From NCBI GenBank assembly GCA_973895155.1, contig OZ316895.1, positions 24,371,538-24,435,537 on the forward strand: DNA of 64,000 bases. The letters are read 5' to 3'. Below, one piece after another: positions 1 to 11,615 of the stretch. The notes below the pieces were generated by a model. It made no database searches and was not told where the DNA came from. It worked only from the letters and a program-made list of their open reading frames with translations. The first letter of the stretch is position 1. Each line of letters opens with the position of its first letter. Source of the stretch: Marsupella aquatica. Its lineage: Eukaryota; Plantae; Marchantiophyta. A program made the position numbers and the translations under genes.

Positions 1-1219
1 AAAGAAATCAAGTATATTGAAACCGTCGTTTGGAATCACACTGGCTCATGTCGTGTGGATGCTGAGTAGAGTCTTTTCTCCCGGTTGTGGTGACTGCAGC
101 CCGCAAAAAGCTAGGAAGGTGCGCAAGGTGGTGCAAGAGATCTATATCCGTATCGGGATGGTGTACCATCGTATCGGGATGGTGTACCATGTATGGTTTG
201 GAGGAACTAATCCTAGCGTGATATAAATTGCTCCAAATATATGAAACTCAAAGTCTGGCAGAGTATCGGAGTAACACATACCCTCGCCGAGTTTTACCCT
301 GTCTTATCTCCTCTTTACAACAACCTGTACAGTGGTTTACAACTGGGCACCCAACACATTGGAAAATTTCTAACTGGCAACTAACACATTGAACAATCAC
401 GAAGGAAATCCGTCGTTACCGACTACAATGACTTTGTTGCAAGTCGAAGTCCATTCACACAGTACATAGGAGTAGGACGTGTCAGCGTTCTCGATATACA
501 GGTCTATACGAGGTTCACGGACAAGAAGGGAGAGTAAGTGACGCAACTTTCATGAGTTTCCCCCCATGAAAGTGGTCAAACCAGAACGATACCTGTGGCT
601 GCCATTTCCCTTCTCCTCGTTTCTGATTCGCTGTGTACTACGGGAACTGATAGCAGAAAGCAAAAGATTTTGTGGAAATATGAACATTACCACGGATTGA
701 GTACTGTTTCCAAAAGTTGGCAAGCTCGATGTTGCTCAAACTAGAAAGAGCAGGCCCAAAAGTACTCCAGCATTTTTCTGCCGTAACACCGGACAAAACC
801 CAGACCAATCAGTTGGTCACTAGTACTAATCAAGATCTAATTTACACCAAACAGAGCACACAACCGCGGACCTGACATCAACAAGAACCTATGGCCTAAA
901 AATCTAACGAGACGACTGGTAGAAATGTGAAAAACGTTTTACTCGTTTTGCTCCTGGTTTGGCTCCGAAAGCATGACTCTTCTTGAATGTCAATGGGTTT
1001 TCATCAGTACGGTGGACTCCTCTACTGACTAGGTTCGGGGTAAATTACCAAACTTTAGTGTATGGCTTCGAAATTCAAACGCATTCCTTTACTGACAGAC
1101 TTCGGTGTCAATTACCAGACGCTGTTGTATGGCTTCCAAACTCAATTGCGTTCATCTTATCTGTCTGACGTTCCAGCTATCATGTTCTGTGAAGGTCGTT
1201 CAATCATGGAAAGGCGAGG

Positions 1220-1473
1220 TTTCATGCCGGAATTCTCTTCTGGAGAAGTTGGAAGTTACTCAACTGTCAAATCCTTGGTTTGGACAATGTCTGGCCGTAC
1301 ATTCTCAATCGCCTCCGGGATACCTTAAACATTCATTTCACGGTTCTGAGAGATTCGTGCCCAAAGTGAAAATCATGGCCTCATTGAACGGGCTCTTGTG
1401 CTTGAGAAAGAGAGGAGACAGGGACTCTGCGTCAACCTACCCAGCAATGAAGATGCCTACAACCTGGGATTGA
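1220..1473 (+). pseudogene. possible F-box/F-box-associated gene fragment
   Basis: Motif IMASLNGLLCL resembles the conserved strand of plant F-box-associated regions; no intact F-box or full ORF seen. Confidence 0.25.
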
Positions 1474-2119
1474 TTTCTGGCAAAAGACATTCTCCAACAC
1501 ACATCCATACAAAAAGTCATATTTTATGTTCTTTCGAGAAGTAATGCTCACGAATATTAGTTGCCAGTTGCCGTCAGTAGGTGGCAGAACTTTGAAGTGT
1601 CAAAATTAGTACAAAGACACGAGCGACATTCGAAATAAGATTGATTTGATATATGCACGATATGGGAATGGGTCACTGATTCCTTACTGGGAGACCACTA
1701 GCTCATTAGCCCATTTGTGCTTTCCCATTATTTTGCTACAGGAGGACAGTTACTGGTGTCGTGCAGTGACCGTCAAGCTGCGCTTATCCGTCCAGGGACA
1801 TATGCAGTGATAAACTAGCCCCTTCCCGCAGATTGCACCAACAGCCGGGCATAACTTGGGAAACCTCAGCTGAATCTTTCATTCACGCCCTTCACATGTT
1901 TCAAGTTTTCTAGAGCCGTAGCAGGCAGGAAACACTACAGATGTATACATGATTTCAGCCGTGAACAACTACAGTACATTCCTGCCAGACAATATTTCTG
2001 GATAAAATTTCCTCTCATCTTAGAGGGATTGACTTTATTTCGTAAAATTATTTTCGTTCCTTGTTAAAATTGCCACAAGACATTCTATATATTTGGTCTA
2101 GAAAATAATGGATACTCTT

Positions 2120-3565
2120 TCACAGTGGAATTGATTCTACAAGATCATTCAGTGCGTTCTTGGTGCTTCCTCCATCTGCCAATGCCGCTCCTGCCGCCTT
2201 CTTCAGCTCCTGAATTCTCGCCCTCAACACGCTTCCTTCATCCGACAGGAGAAGTCTCACTGCCTCCTCAAGTCCTGCGTGTGTCCTGGGACTTGTAGGA
2301 GTTCTACTTCTTATTTCAACTGCAACTTTCAGCACATCCACCATGCATCTGCAGTTTATGAACTGATCATTAGGCAGTTGAGGCCAACATGCCATTGGCA
2401 CGCCCGAACTTATGCTTTCCATGATGGAGTTCCAGCCACAGTGCGTTACAAAGCCTCCGACAGCAGGGTGTTGCAGAATATGTAGCTGCGGCACCCATCC
2501 ACTGACCACCAATCCCTTTTCTCTCGTTCGCCCTTCAAAACCGGGGGGAATTGCGTCTGCCATGCCTCGGGATGCCACCCACAGGAAACTTTGCTCACTA
2601 GCCTCCAGAGCCCGGGCTAAGTCCTCTACCATAAGGGGAGATAACCGAGCTAAGGTGCCGATGCAGATATAAACCACTGACCGAGCTGGCCGTCCATCGA
2701 GCCATTGCAAAGAAGCAATTCCTCGGTTTTTATCCGGCACCTCAAGCGACCTATCCTTGAAGCTGGCAGCGTTAGAAAGAGGGCCAACCGAATAGAATTT
2801 CGGAATCTTGCCTGGAGACACGTCTTTCCAAGCCTTTTGTATTGCGTCAATCTGAGGGACTTCCAATTCGTAAAAGGTGTTCACAATCACGCCATCAGCT
2901 TCGTTTAAATTACGTCCTATCTCAAGGTCGGTCACTGGGGGGTTTTTAATTATTTGAAACTCCGCGGGCGGAGGCTTCGGCATATCTCTATACTCTAATG
3001 GTGGAAGACCAGGTATGTTCACGTAGCCCTCGAATTCTTCTAGATATGGAGCTCCGCCTGGGTCGCGCTTGATGATCAGGGACCCATCGGACACTAGCGA
3101 AAGATGTGCTTGTACCAGTCTCGCATGGGCCGCTGCGCAGCTATATAACAAATAGTAAGGAATGTTCAATTCCCTGGCTGATTCTATTGTCCACGTCAAG
3201 AATTGATCTGCGATGATGCAGGTGGGTCCAGGAAGTCCTGCGTTCTGATCTGCCAGCAATTTTTCCAGGACGGGCTGGAAGCGGCTTCTTGCTGATGCCA
3301 GTTCGTAGAGGGTGCCCCACACAGGGTCTCCATGTTGAGCGGAATCTTCAATTCCAAAATCCCGATACGAAATCAGATTGAAGTCAAGTCCTTGCAAGTC
3401 ATCGAAACTCCTGACCAGTGCGATCAACTGTTCGGAAGCCACTAAAGTGACCGTGACGCCTCTCATCGCAATCTCCAATGACACCCTGTACATCGCAAAG
3501 AAGTGACCTTGCAAGCACACTGGTACAACCAATGCATGCTTTTTACCTCGCTTTATATCCACCAT
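2120..3565 (-). CDS. UDP-glycosyltransferase (GT1 family), 481 aa, intronless
   Basis: N-terminal HALVVP..QGHF, CIIADQF, SVVYICIGT and the PSPG box WVPQLHILQHPAVGGFVTHCGWNSIMESISSGVPMACWPQLPNDQ; C-terminal GGST. Confidence 0.96.
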   Translation of the reverse strand: MVDIKRGKKHALVVPVCLQGHFFAMYRVSLEIAMRGVTVTLVASEQLIALVRSFDDLQGLDFNLISYRDFGIEDSAQHGDPVWGTLYELASARSRFQPVLEKLLADQNAGLPGPTCIIADQFLTWTIESARELNIPYYLLYSCAAAHARLVQAHLSLVSDGSLIIKRDPGGAPYLEEFEGYVNIPGLPPLEYRDMPKPPPAEFQIIKNPPVTDLEIGRNLNEADGVIVNTFYELEVPQIDAIQKAWKDVSPGKIPKFYSVGPLSNAASFKDRSLEVPDKNRGIASLQWLDGRPARSVVYICIGTLARLSPLMVEDLARALEASEQSFLWVASRGMADAIPPGFEGRTREKGLVVSGWVPQLHILQHPAVGGFVTHCGWNSIMESISSGVPMACWPQLPNDQFINCRCMVDVLKVAVEIRSRTPTSPRTHAGLEEAVRLLLSDEGSVLRARIQELKKAAGAALADGGSTKNALNDLVESIPL

Positions 3566-3573
3566 ATTATCGG

Positions 3574-3836
3574 GACTGAATCCGCTTCCGCAGCTGTCAA
3601 TTACAGACTTCCAGGAATTCAGGGCTGAATCCGCTTCCGGGGCTGTCAGTCACAGATTTCCCGGAATTCAGGGCTGATTCCGCTTCCTCAGCTGTCAGTC
3701 GCAGATTTCCAGGAATTCAGGACTGAATCCGCTACCTCAGCTGTCAGTCACAAATTTTCAGGAATTCAAGAGTGTCGGGGCTGAATCCACTTCCTCAACT
3801 GTTATAACTAATACAGATTTCCAGGAATGCAAGAGT
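3574..3836. repeat. 49-bp tandem repeat, about 5 copies, directly upstream of the UGT start codon
   Basis: Unit GGCTGAATCCGCTTCC..AGCTGTCAGTCACAGATTTCCAGGAATTCAG starts at 3574, 3623, 3672, 3721 and ~3779. Confidence 0.9.
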
Positions 3837-4854
3837 GCGTAGTGCGATCTGTTTCATTGAGGAGTTATCATACTTTTATACATGGAATGCAAGCCCTTTG
3901 GCCGCTGGTCAAGTGAAAGTCCCGTCAAACTAAAGCGATTCAATCTAGAACTTCTCAATTCCTCATGCTTAACGGAGATGGTGTGCGCGCAGATTTCCAA
4001 AGATTTCAAGAGTGTGGAAGGCATGGCTGCCGGTGGCTGGCAGGGCAAGTCAAATTAGAAAGACACGTTCATAAGAGATAGTACTTGCGTCCGAAGCTCC
4101 AACCTTGCTACATAGCTCACCTCGTGTCTAATTGAGTTCCTGATGTCGGACCCTTTCTGACAGTTGACTGCTTCGAATGTTCGCGCTCGATGTGCAGCTT
4201 CGTGATATTGTACAGAGCAAACCAATCGCAGCTTTTCAGGCATTAATGCAAACGCGGTTTCGAGCAATCCCAGTGGCATGGCCCGTTTTCATGGTAGTTT
4301 GGTATGTGTGTATGGACGTGCCCAAGGGCTGTAGGTGCAGGAATCCGTCTGACGATGATGTACAGGCTCAGCGAGACGTGTATGGTTGAGATGGTATTGG
4401 TTTCTACATATCCCCTCCGTGCAACAACCTGTACATTAGTCTACGACGGAAAAAGAGCTCTATTCACGTGTTACTCGTGTCCATCGTCCTTGCATTGATG
4501 CATCTTCGCCAAGCTGGATTCGGACTTCACCACAGACGACCAGCCATACAGATGCTTCTGTCCAGCGGACCCCGATCGGATCCGTGCAATAATGTTTCCA
4601 AATGGCTTTTAAAAATCAATTCGGCAATTTCTTTGTTTTCGTTTGCATCCGTTAAATTTCGCCCAAACATAATCTTGGTAGAATAGTACTTGGTGATAAT
4701 TTCGTGGGCACATTCTGTCTCAACTTACTTACTGGATTGAATGAATGTGTTCAGAGATGTCTCTTGCTATGGACTATTCTCATGACTCAAGGCTCAGTCA
4801 TTTTGTGGATAGTTTAGCCTAGTCATTCATTTGGAACTGAAACTCTCTTCATTA

Positions 4855-5022
4855 GGGCGTCTCAAATGTCGCGTCGCTGCCTCCGGTCGCGGTCAGCAAC
4901 GGATTCCCGGGAAAAAAAGTGGCGGACACAAAAATTTGTGTCCACACACTGTTGGACCCTGACCCAAACTGATAGTTTAGGCCGCAGTCTTTTTCCCCGC
5001 AACTCCAAGGTTTGAGACTCCC
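4855..5022. mobile_element. putative 168-bp MITE
   Basis: Ends GGGCGTCTCAAA / TTTGAGACTCCC (11/12 inverted match), flanked by TA on both sides. Confidence 0.45.
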
Positions 5023-6247
5023 TATTGGAGCCAGTTCTGGGTTCACATTTCTAACAGTCATTACAGCTGTCATTAGCTAATGAGGCCCAATCAAGGTGAG
5101 TCAACTGTTATTTCAATTGGCGCACTCCAGGGTGAGTTGAGTGTGGTCTCTCACTGGAACTACTCTGGATTTGAATAGGGGCTGAAACTGCCAGAAGGTC
5201 TTGGGGATGTGCTTTGCTCTAAGTCACGAGCAGTTCTACAAAAATGCTCTTAAAAATACACAAAATTTATAACCCACCATAACATAGTCCATGCAGTGAA
5301 GATGTGAGTGCATAAGATGAAATAAAATTAGCTGTTGACAAGTTTCTACGAATTAGATTTCAACCTAACATCACTAAATCATTTCTCAATCAAAATCTGT
5401 GATCTTTGTGTCAATATATATACTTATGGATCTCCAAAGGCTTTGTAACACATCACGGGCACCTCTATTTCTAGGGTCTTTGTCTTTTGTATATAGAATC
5501 CAAAGAGACACGGAAGCTACCAAAGGAGATACAATCTTGCCAATATTCTCTACAACTTGTAAATCCACATGGGGCATAAGATAGGGCATCTCGATAATGT
5601 GACACCCAAAGAGAACCTTGGCAAAAGCAATTTATGGATACAATTTAACACATAATCAATCAACAACGAATTAAAAAAACAGATTTTGCTAACTATGGGT
5701 TTTCATGGTGTTCAAATGTTTTTTGGGAGGCCATTTTGAGGCACTTTCCTCTTCCACTATCAATTGTTGTTCCTAAATGATATTTTGTTAGGATAACCCT
5801 AAAATTGAATACTGGCGCATCATCGCCTTCACTTGAAAAAATTACTAAGGGATGAATGTTAAATCCACCCATGGACAAAGTTATTCACCCAAAATACTAA
5901 TATCACCCCAGGCACGTACCCCCCTCAAATCTACAAACTTGAGGATACATCCTCCTGCTAATTCAATGAAGCATTGATCAAGGTGAAATATTATAATAAT
6001 GTATGTATGTGGTGGGTTAACAATCCCCTAAACTTACTCCTTTTTAACAACATTGAGTCATTGCTACGTATTTGTTTGTAAGATTATCATGACATATTCA
6101 TCTGATCCACCGGCCATTGGATCTCCTGCCATATACTCTATTCATGCCAAAGTACTGCGGCTCCAATAGAAGCATCAGGTTTGATTAATCCATCGATTCC
6201 ATGAAATCTTGTCATATAGAAAGCTTATTTCCATATATTTATCAAAA

Positions 6248-8525
6248 ATGGCATTAGCACCAGCTCTTGCTTCTCCTCAACCTCAACTTCTAGACTCAAA
6301 TCCCTCCCAGTCACCAGGTCAAGCTCGGACCTCAACGGCCCCTAAAGTAGCTGGTATTTCAGACACTGCTCAAACTACAAAACCTCCATCGATTACAGTT
6401 GGCATTCCGACTATCAATGCTGGTGATGTTGCAAAAGTTTCTCCGCTATTAAGTCCCACCATTAAAGGTTCACCAATTGAGTTTGCTCAAAATTCAATCA
6501 GCAAGGAATTAATCTTGAAGGATATTCTTAAAGAGAAGCAGCACCTTGTTCATGAAAATGGACTTCTGAGAGATCACTTAGGGGTAACATATTTGTTCGC
6601 TCTTTCAATGTCTCCATTTGCATAACTGAACCCAATGCAAGCACAAAGAAGTACAGTCTTAGACATTCTCTTCTTAGGAATTCTCAAGTCAAGTAGATTT
6701 TCATGAATGGGCTGAAATGGAGAATAATGTTGTTAAGAATTGAAGCCATTGTGCAAAATCGAAGTTGACAGTCCAGTAATTATGAGATTAAACTCATTCA
6801 AGACACTTTATGTACTTATTACCCAAGACACTCTGACTGCAGAGGATAGTAGAGCAGTCTGCTGCCCAAACAGATGAGGAAACTAAAAGCATGACCGAAG
6901 AAGATGGATCTGACGATGAGGATATCCCGGAGTATGGCAGTAGAAGTTCATTATCTAGAAGCAGTTTTATAGGAGGAGGATTCTCCATCGAAACCAGTGA
7001 GGAAGACTACAACTTAAGTGACTTGTCAATCCCAAAATTGAACGCTGAAGAGAAAAATGATATTGCAAGCAAAGAAAATGCCCAGCTTCACAAGGAGATG
7101 GATGAATGTAGGAGTACAAATGAAAGACTGTTAGATGAATTAAGGGCTGTGTACGATGAGTCTGACTTAAGAATTGGTGAAGTTCGACGAGATCGAGCAG
7201 ACTTTCAAAGGGATGTCATGGGTGATGCACAAAATAAGGGTTTCAAGAGAGCGAATGCTCACAAAGTTCTCAAGTACAAATTAACCTTCTCATGATGATT
7301 GCATTCAAAGAATATTTTTTAGTATAGTCACCTAGGAAAGAAATTCACAGTTCATCTGGTTGTTCCACATGTATTGATGATAGTATATCAATGTGACTAG
7401 TAAGTATCTTGCAATCGTCAAATTATTACTAAATTGAGTAGGCAAAAGTTGTAGACATATTATATGAGTATTAGACGTATCGGGAAATATGTTTGCAACC
7501 ACTCTTTGCAAGAAGTATAAACATGAAAACTCAGCATTATGATGACCTATTCCAGCCAGGTTTCTTGGAAATTCATACATTTAGTTGGCTTTGCCTTGAG
7601 GGAGGCATATCTATGAACTTTTGGTTTAATGATTGTTCTATATTGAAGAACTTGGGTTTGTTTTCAAATCACCTCTAGTGGGCCTCAAGGACAAAAGTAG
7701 TTTTGTCAGAACTAAGAGAGCTTAATGAAGGTTCATGACTGCTTTCAGAAAAGCGGTTAGTACTTAGATCGACTCAGTTGAAAGTGATATCCAAATATGC
7801 TAAGTAAAATTCAGAACATGTTGCTGCATCAGGTTTTTGGAAGCAAAGATTAAGTACAAGGTTGCAAAAGCAAAGAAAGTGCATGAGAGAAATCAAGCAC
7901 TTCATGTGGTGATAGCACGGACGGGCAAACAATTGGGTATGAAGAAAGAGCTTGCAGATGTTCTCCATGCAGTAGATTTTGAGCAACTACACATCCACAA
8001 GCAACAAAATCAACAAAGACTTGCAGATAAAAGTCACGAACTTCAGCGCTTAAAGTCAAGCCATGCCAAAGCACAAGAGGCATTGTTCATTTGATGTGCT
8101 TTTATCCAGTTTGTTGTTCATTAATATCAGTATGGACAAAATGCTACTTGCACATACAAATCCTTACATGCATCCATCAGATTGAGGTGGAAAGCTAGTG
8201 TTCATCAGAAAAGCAAAAGAGAAATAGTTTACCTTGGGCGATCATAATATTAGATCATGCTAGGTTTCTCAAAATTATTGTGAGTTTCTATTGCAGGTTT
8301 AGATGTTTGATCTCATAGAATAGCGAAGACATCTATATGTGTAAACCATATCATCTACGGGCTGGGGTGAACTGGTTTCTCAATATTCCGAAAGAATATG
8401 TATGCAGATGTCTGAGCTGATATGAACTTTATGTACTAAACTGAGAAAACATGTAAGGAACGTACTCTGTGAACAATATGCTGGTTACCCACTTCCTTTG
8501 GATCCTAAGTGATCTCCGTTTTTGG

Positions 8526-8559
<34 letters not shown>

Positions 8560-10055
8560 AAGATATTTCCCTTCAATTCTAAGTGACTCTGGTTGTGGTT
8601 CTTCCAGGCACTTGAAAGCTCATCAATCAAGCTACAAGATCTCATAAACAACAGGAACCAAACCTTAAACGATTTCAACAACTCTGAGCCTCAATTGGCA
8701 CATGTCAAGAAAGATATTGCAAGAATAACCTTGAAGAAGGTACATAGTCAATTTTTGATGTTGCTACAAATATGTTCAAGTTGAAGTATCATCATCAAGA
8801 TTGGCCCAAACCATTTGGAAGGAATCTTGTTTAGAGTTTTGAAACATGCTTCCAATTAGTCAACTGAAGTCAGATCAAAATGATCATTGATTTCATTTGA
8901 TAGGCTGTAATAATCAAAAAAATTAACTGAATGATGCTTAACTAGCAGGGACATTTCAATAAAACTGCCCAGATTGCTTAGCAATAGGCAAGTTACGTTG
9001 AGATTTAATATTTCAAGGTACTGCCCGTCTATATAGTAATATGAATAAATATCACCATATGACAGGAACGGCTTGATGAGCTATATCATATATTTGTACA
9101 AGAAAGAGATGCACAATTAGGCGAATCCCAACCTAATGTGTTAGATTACATGCAAGTGAAAGATCAAGTGCACCGCCTGAAAAAAGAATACAAGAAGTGG
9201 ACTAGTAAGGTGCGTATTTTGACAAGCTATCTGGCCTTACATTAAGGTACATAAATGAGCTTTGAGTCTTATTCTAAAACAATTATAACAGTAGCTAACA
9301 CATTTTTTTACAGCACAAATTAACTGTTGAAACCTTAAGCCAGTGACCTGCTTTGATCCCTTTTCCCTGCTTTGATCCCTCCAACAAGCTTCTTTTCCTT
9401 CCCTTTGTTGTTTCAAGTTGGTCATTGGTTGTAATCTTCCAAGGTTTTCCATCCTCTTAATTCATGCCTATCTTGTGCTTTCTCCCACAAAAAATGTGCT
9501 TCCCTCAACCATGCAGCTGTTTTTTTCTTCCCCTGCTTCCTTGTTTCAGGTAGGTTAATCATACTGACAATGCTTTAAGACAGTTGAACTTTTGAGTATT
9601 CTTGCTATTTGAGATTGTTTGGAAGATTCAAAGTGGGATCGTTGTAGGTTTATTTCTGAGGTGGATATCAATGGGGAACATCAGAGTACAAAATATTGAA
9701 ATGAGGAAAACATGATTGCGACAAAACTTGTCTACAATTCTATCATAATAGAAATTATCCAGAGAGAAACATCCTGGGTTTATTTTAGTACCCACTAGAT
9801 TTTCAAAACCACCAAACTTTTGAAGATCTTATGAGTACTGAGATAGATTAAGTTCTCTGAGTCATAGGACCAACCTGCTAAGTAAGTTAATACCTACATA
9901 CTCGATTGATTGCTTTAACTTATAGACTTGAGTGCTTTTGTACGAAACAGGCAGAGGTTGCTGAATTATGTTCCCAACAAGGAAGTAATATTCAATCCGA
10001 GAAAGATACGTCCTCTATAAATGGAACCCAACTGGTTCCTGGAGAAGCTTTCTGA
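6248..10055 (+). CDS. CCDC113: CCDC113-like (DUF4201) cilia/flagella coiled-coil protein; predicted exons 6248-6583, 6843-7273, 7833-~8079, 8608-8739, 9066-9209, 9951-10055
   Basis: Exon peptides LNAEEKNDIA..ESDLRIGEVRRDRADFQRDV..HKVLK, KKELADVLHAVDFEQLHI and PNVLDYMQVK..KKWTSK/AEVAE follow the order of CCDC113 motifs; intron phases are consistent; the exon 3 donor is uncertain. Confidence 0.8.
8528..8557. repeat. (AT)n microsatellite in an intron
   Basis: About 15 AT units. Confidence 0.95.
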
Positions 10056-10465
10056 AGTCATTCCTGGCTGATAAATTTTGTACACATAGCAACATTGTTA
10101 CCCACCTTAGTGACAGGTATTAGCATATCATAAATAGGGAAATCCATGCAAAGTAGCTTTAATTTCAAATGTTATAATTAATTAGTTTACATTAGAACAC
10201 GGGTTTACCATATTCAAAATAATATATATCTTAGATTACTGTACCACCAGCGATTACTCTCACAGTTGCCCAATTTTGGAATGTTACACATGATTTTGCA
10301 TAGGCCAGAATCATGTTATATTGATCAGGTACACATCATTTAGGAAAATAATTAATAAATATCGTTTGAGAAATATTTGGAGTGTGATGGGCCTCCCAAA
10401 CGGGTGAATCATCTCATATTGATAGTCTGTGGCTAATAGAACAAAGACAATACTCATTATCAAGC

Positions 10466-11615
10466 TGCTATATGGTGAATCCACCTTTAGATTTTGTCTT
10501 ATTCAGATTTTTTGTTTAGTATTTTTATTTTAATGTGCCTTAGCTAGGTGAATCATTTGTATTAATTTGAGTTTTTGAATTAACTTTTGGATCCCTTGTA
10601 ATTCTAGTGAACTTAGAGTATTTTGAATGTATTTGGCTCCCCTCATATATGTTTGATCTTTCCTTTTCAATGGATCACTCCTTAGTGAATTATCATTTTT
10701 CTCATGAGAATGAGAGAAGTGAGTTTGAACAATGTGCACATTTGGTGTACTAAGTTCCCTCATGGTTTAGTTTACAAAATTTAATATGGTTTTAATTGTC
10801 ATTACCTAAGAGCAAGTGAAAATATGTACTGTATGTGCACAACTCTTTAGTACCTTTATATTTTCTTGGTCATAGTGTGCTTTTCTATGCATGTGTACTA
10901 TGTCACTCACTTTTAATTACAAAATATTAATTTTTTAGCATATACTTTACATGTACTTACTTCTTTTATCATAAAATAAATCAATGAATTACATATCACT
11001 ACAAGACAAAAAAAAGGCATGTTCCAGGATGAACATGGGATGAACATGCTATATGGTGAATACACCTTTCAGTTTTTGTCTCATTCAGATTTTGTGTCCA
11101 GTATTTTGATTTTAATTCTACTTAACAAGGTTAATCATTTATATTAATTTGATTTTGAATTAACTTTTAGACCCCTTTGAATGTTAGTGAACTTAATGTA
11201 TCTGGGCTCCCCTCATAAATGTTTTATCTATCCTTTTCGATGACTCCTTAGTGAAATCTCTTTTGTCTCATGAGAGTGAGAGGAATGAATTTGAACAATG
11301 TGCGCATCTGGTGTACTAAGTTCCCCTCATGGTTTCCTTTACAAAACTGGTTTTAATTTGAGTTGACTGTCATCACCTAGAAGCAAACGAAAATCTGTAG
11401 TGTATGTGCACAACTCTTTAGTACTTTTGTACGTTTATTTGCATGTGTATTTATGGCTTTGTGTGTTATGTCATTGACTCTAAATTAGCAGATATAAATT
11501 TCTTGGCATAATTATACTTTACATGTACTTACTTCTTTTATCATAAAATAAATTAAATGAGTTACATATCACTACAAGACAAGAAAAGAGTAATGTTCCA
11601 GGATGAACATGCTAT
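10466..11615. repeat. ~580-bp diverged tandem duplication, 2 copies
   Basis: TGCTATATGGTGAAT starts both units (~10466, ~11047); both end with TTACATATCACTACAAGAC...GTTCCAGGATGAACATG. Confidence 0.85.

Noticed and set aside
149-190. 21-bp tandem duplication CGTATCGGGATGGTGTACCAT
   Set aside because: Only two copies, at the window edge, with no context to interpret
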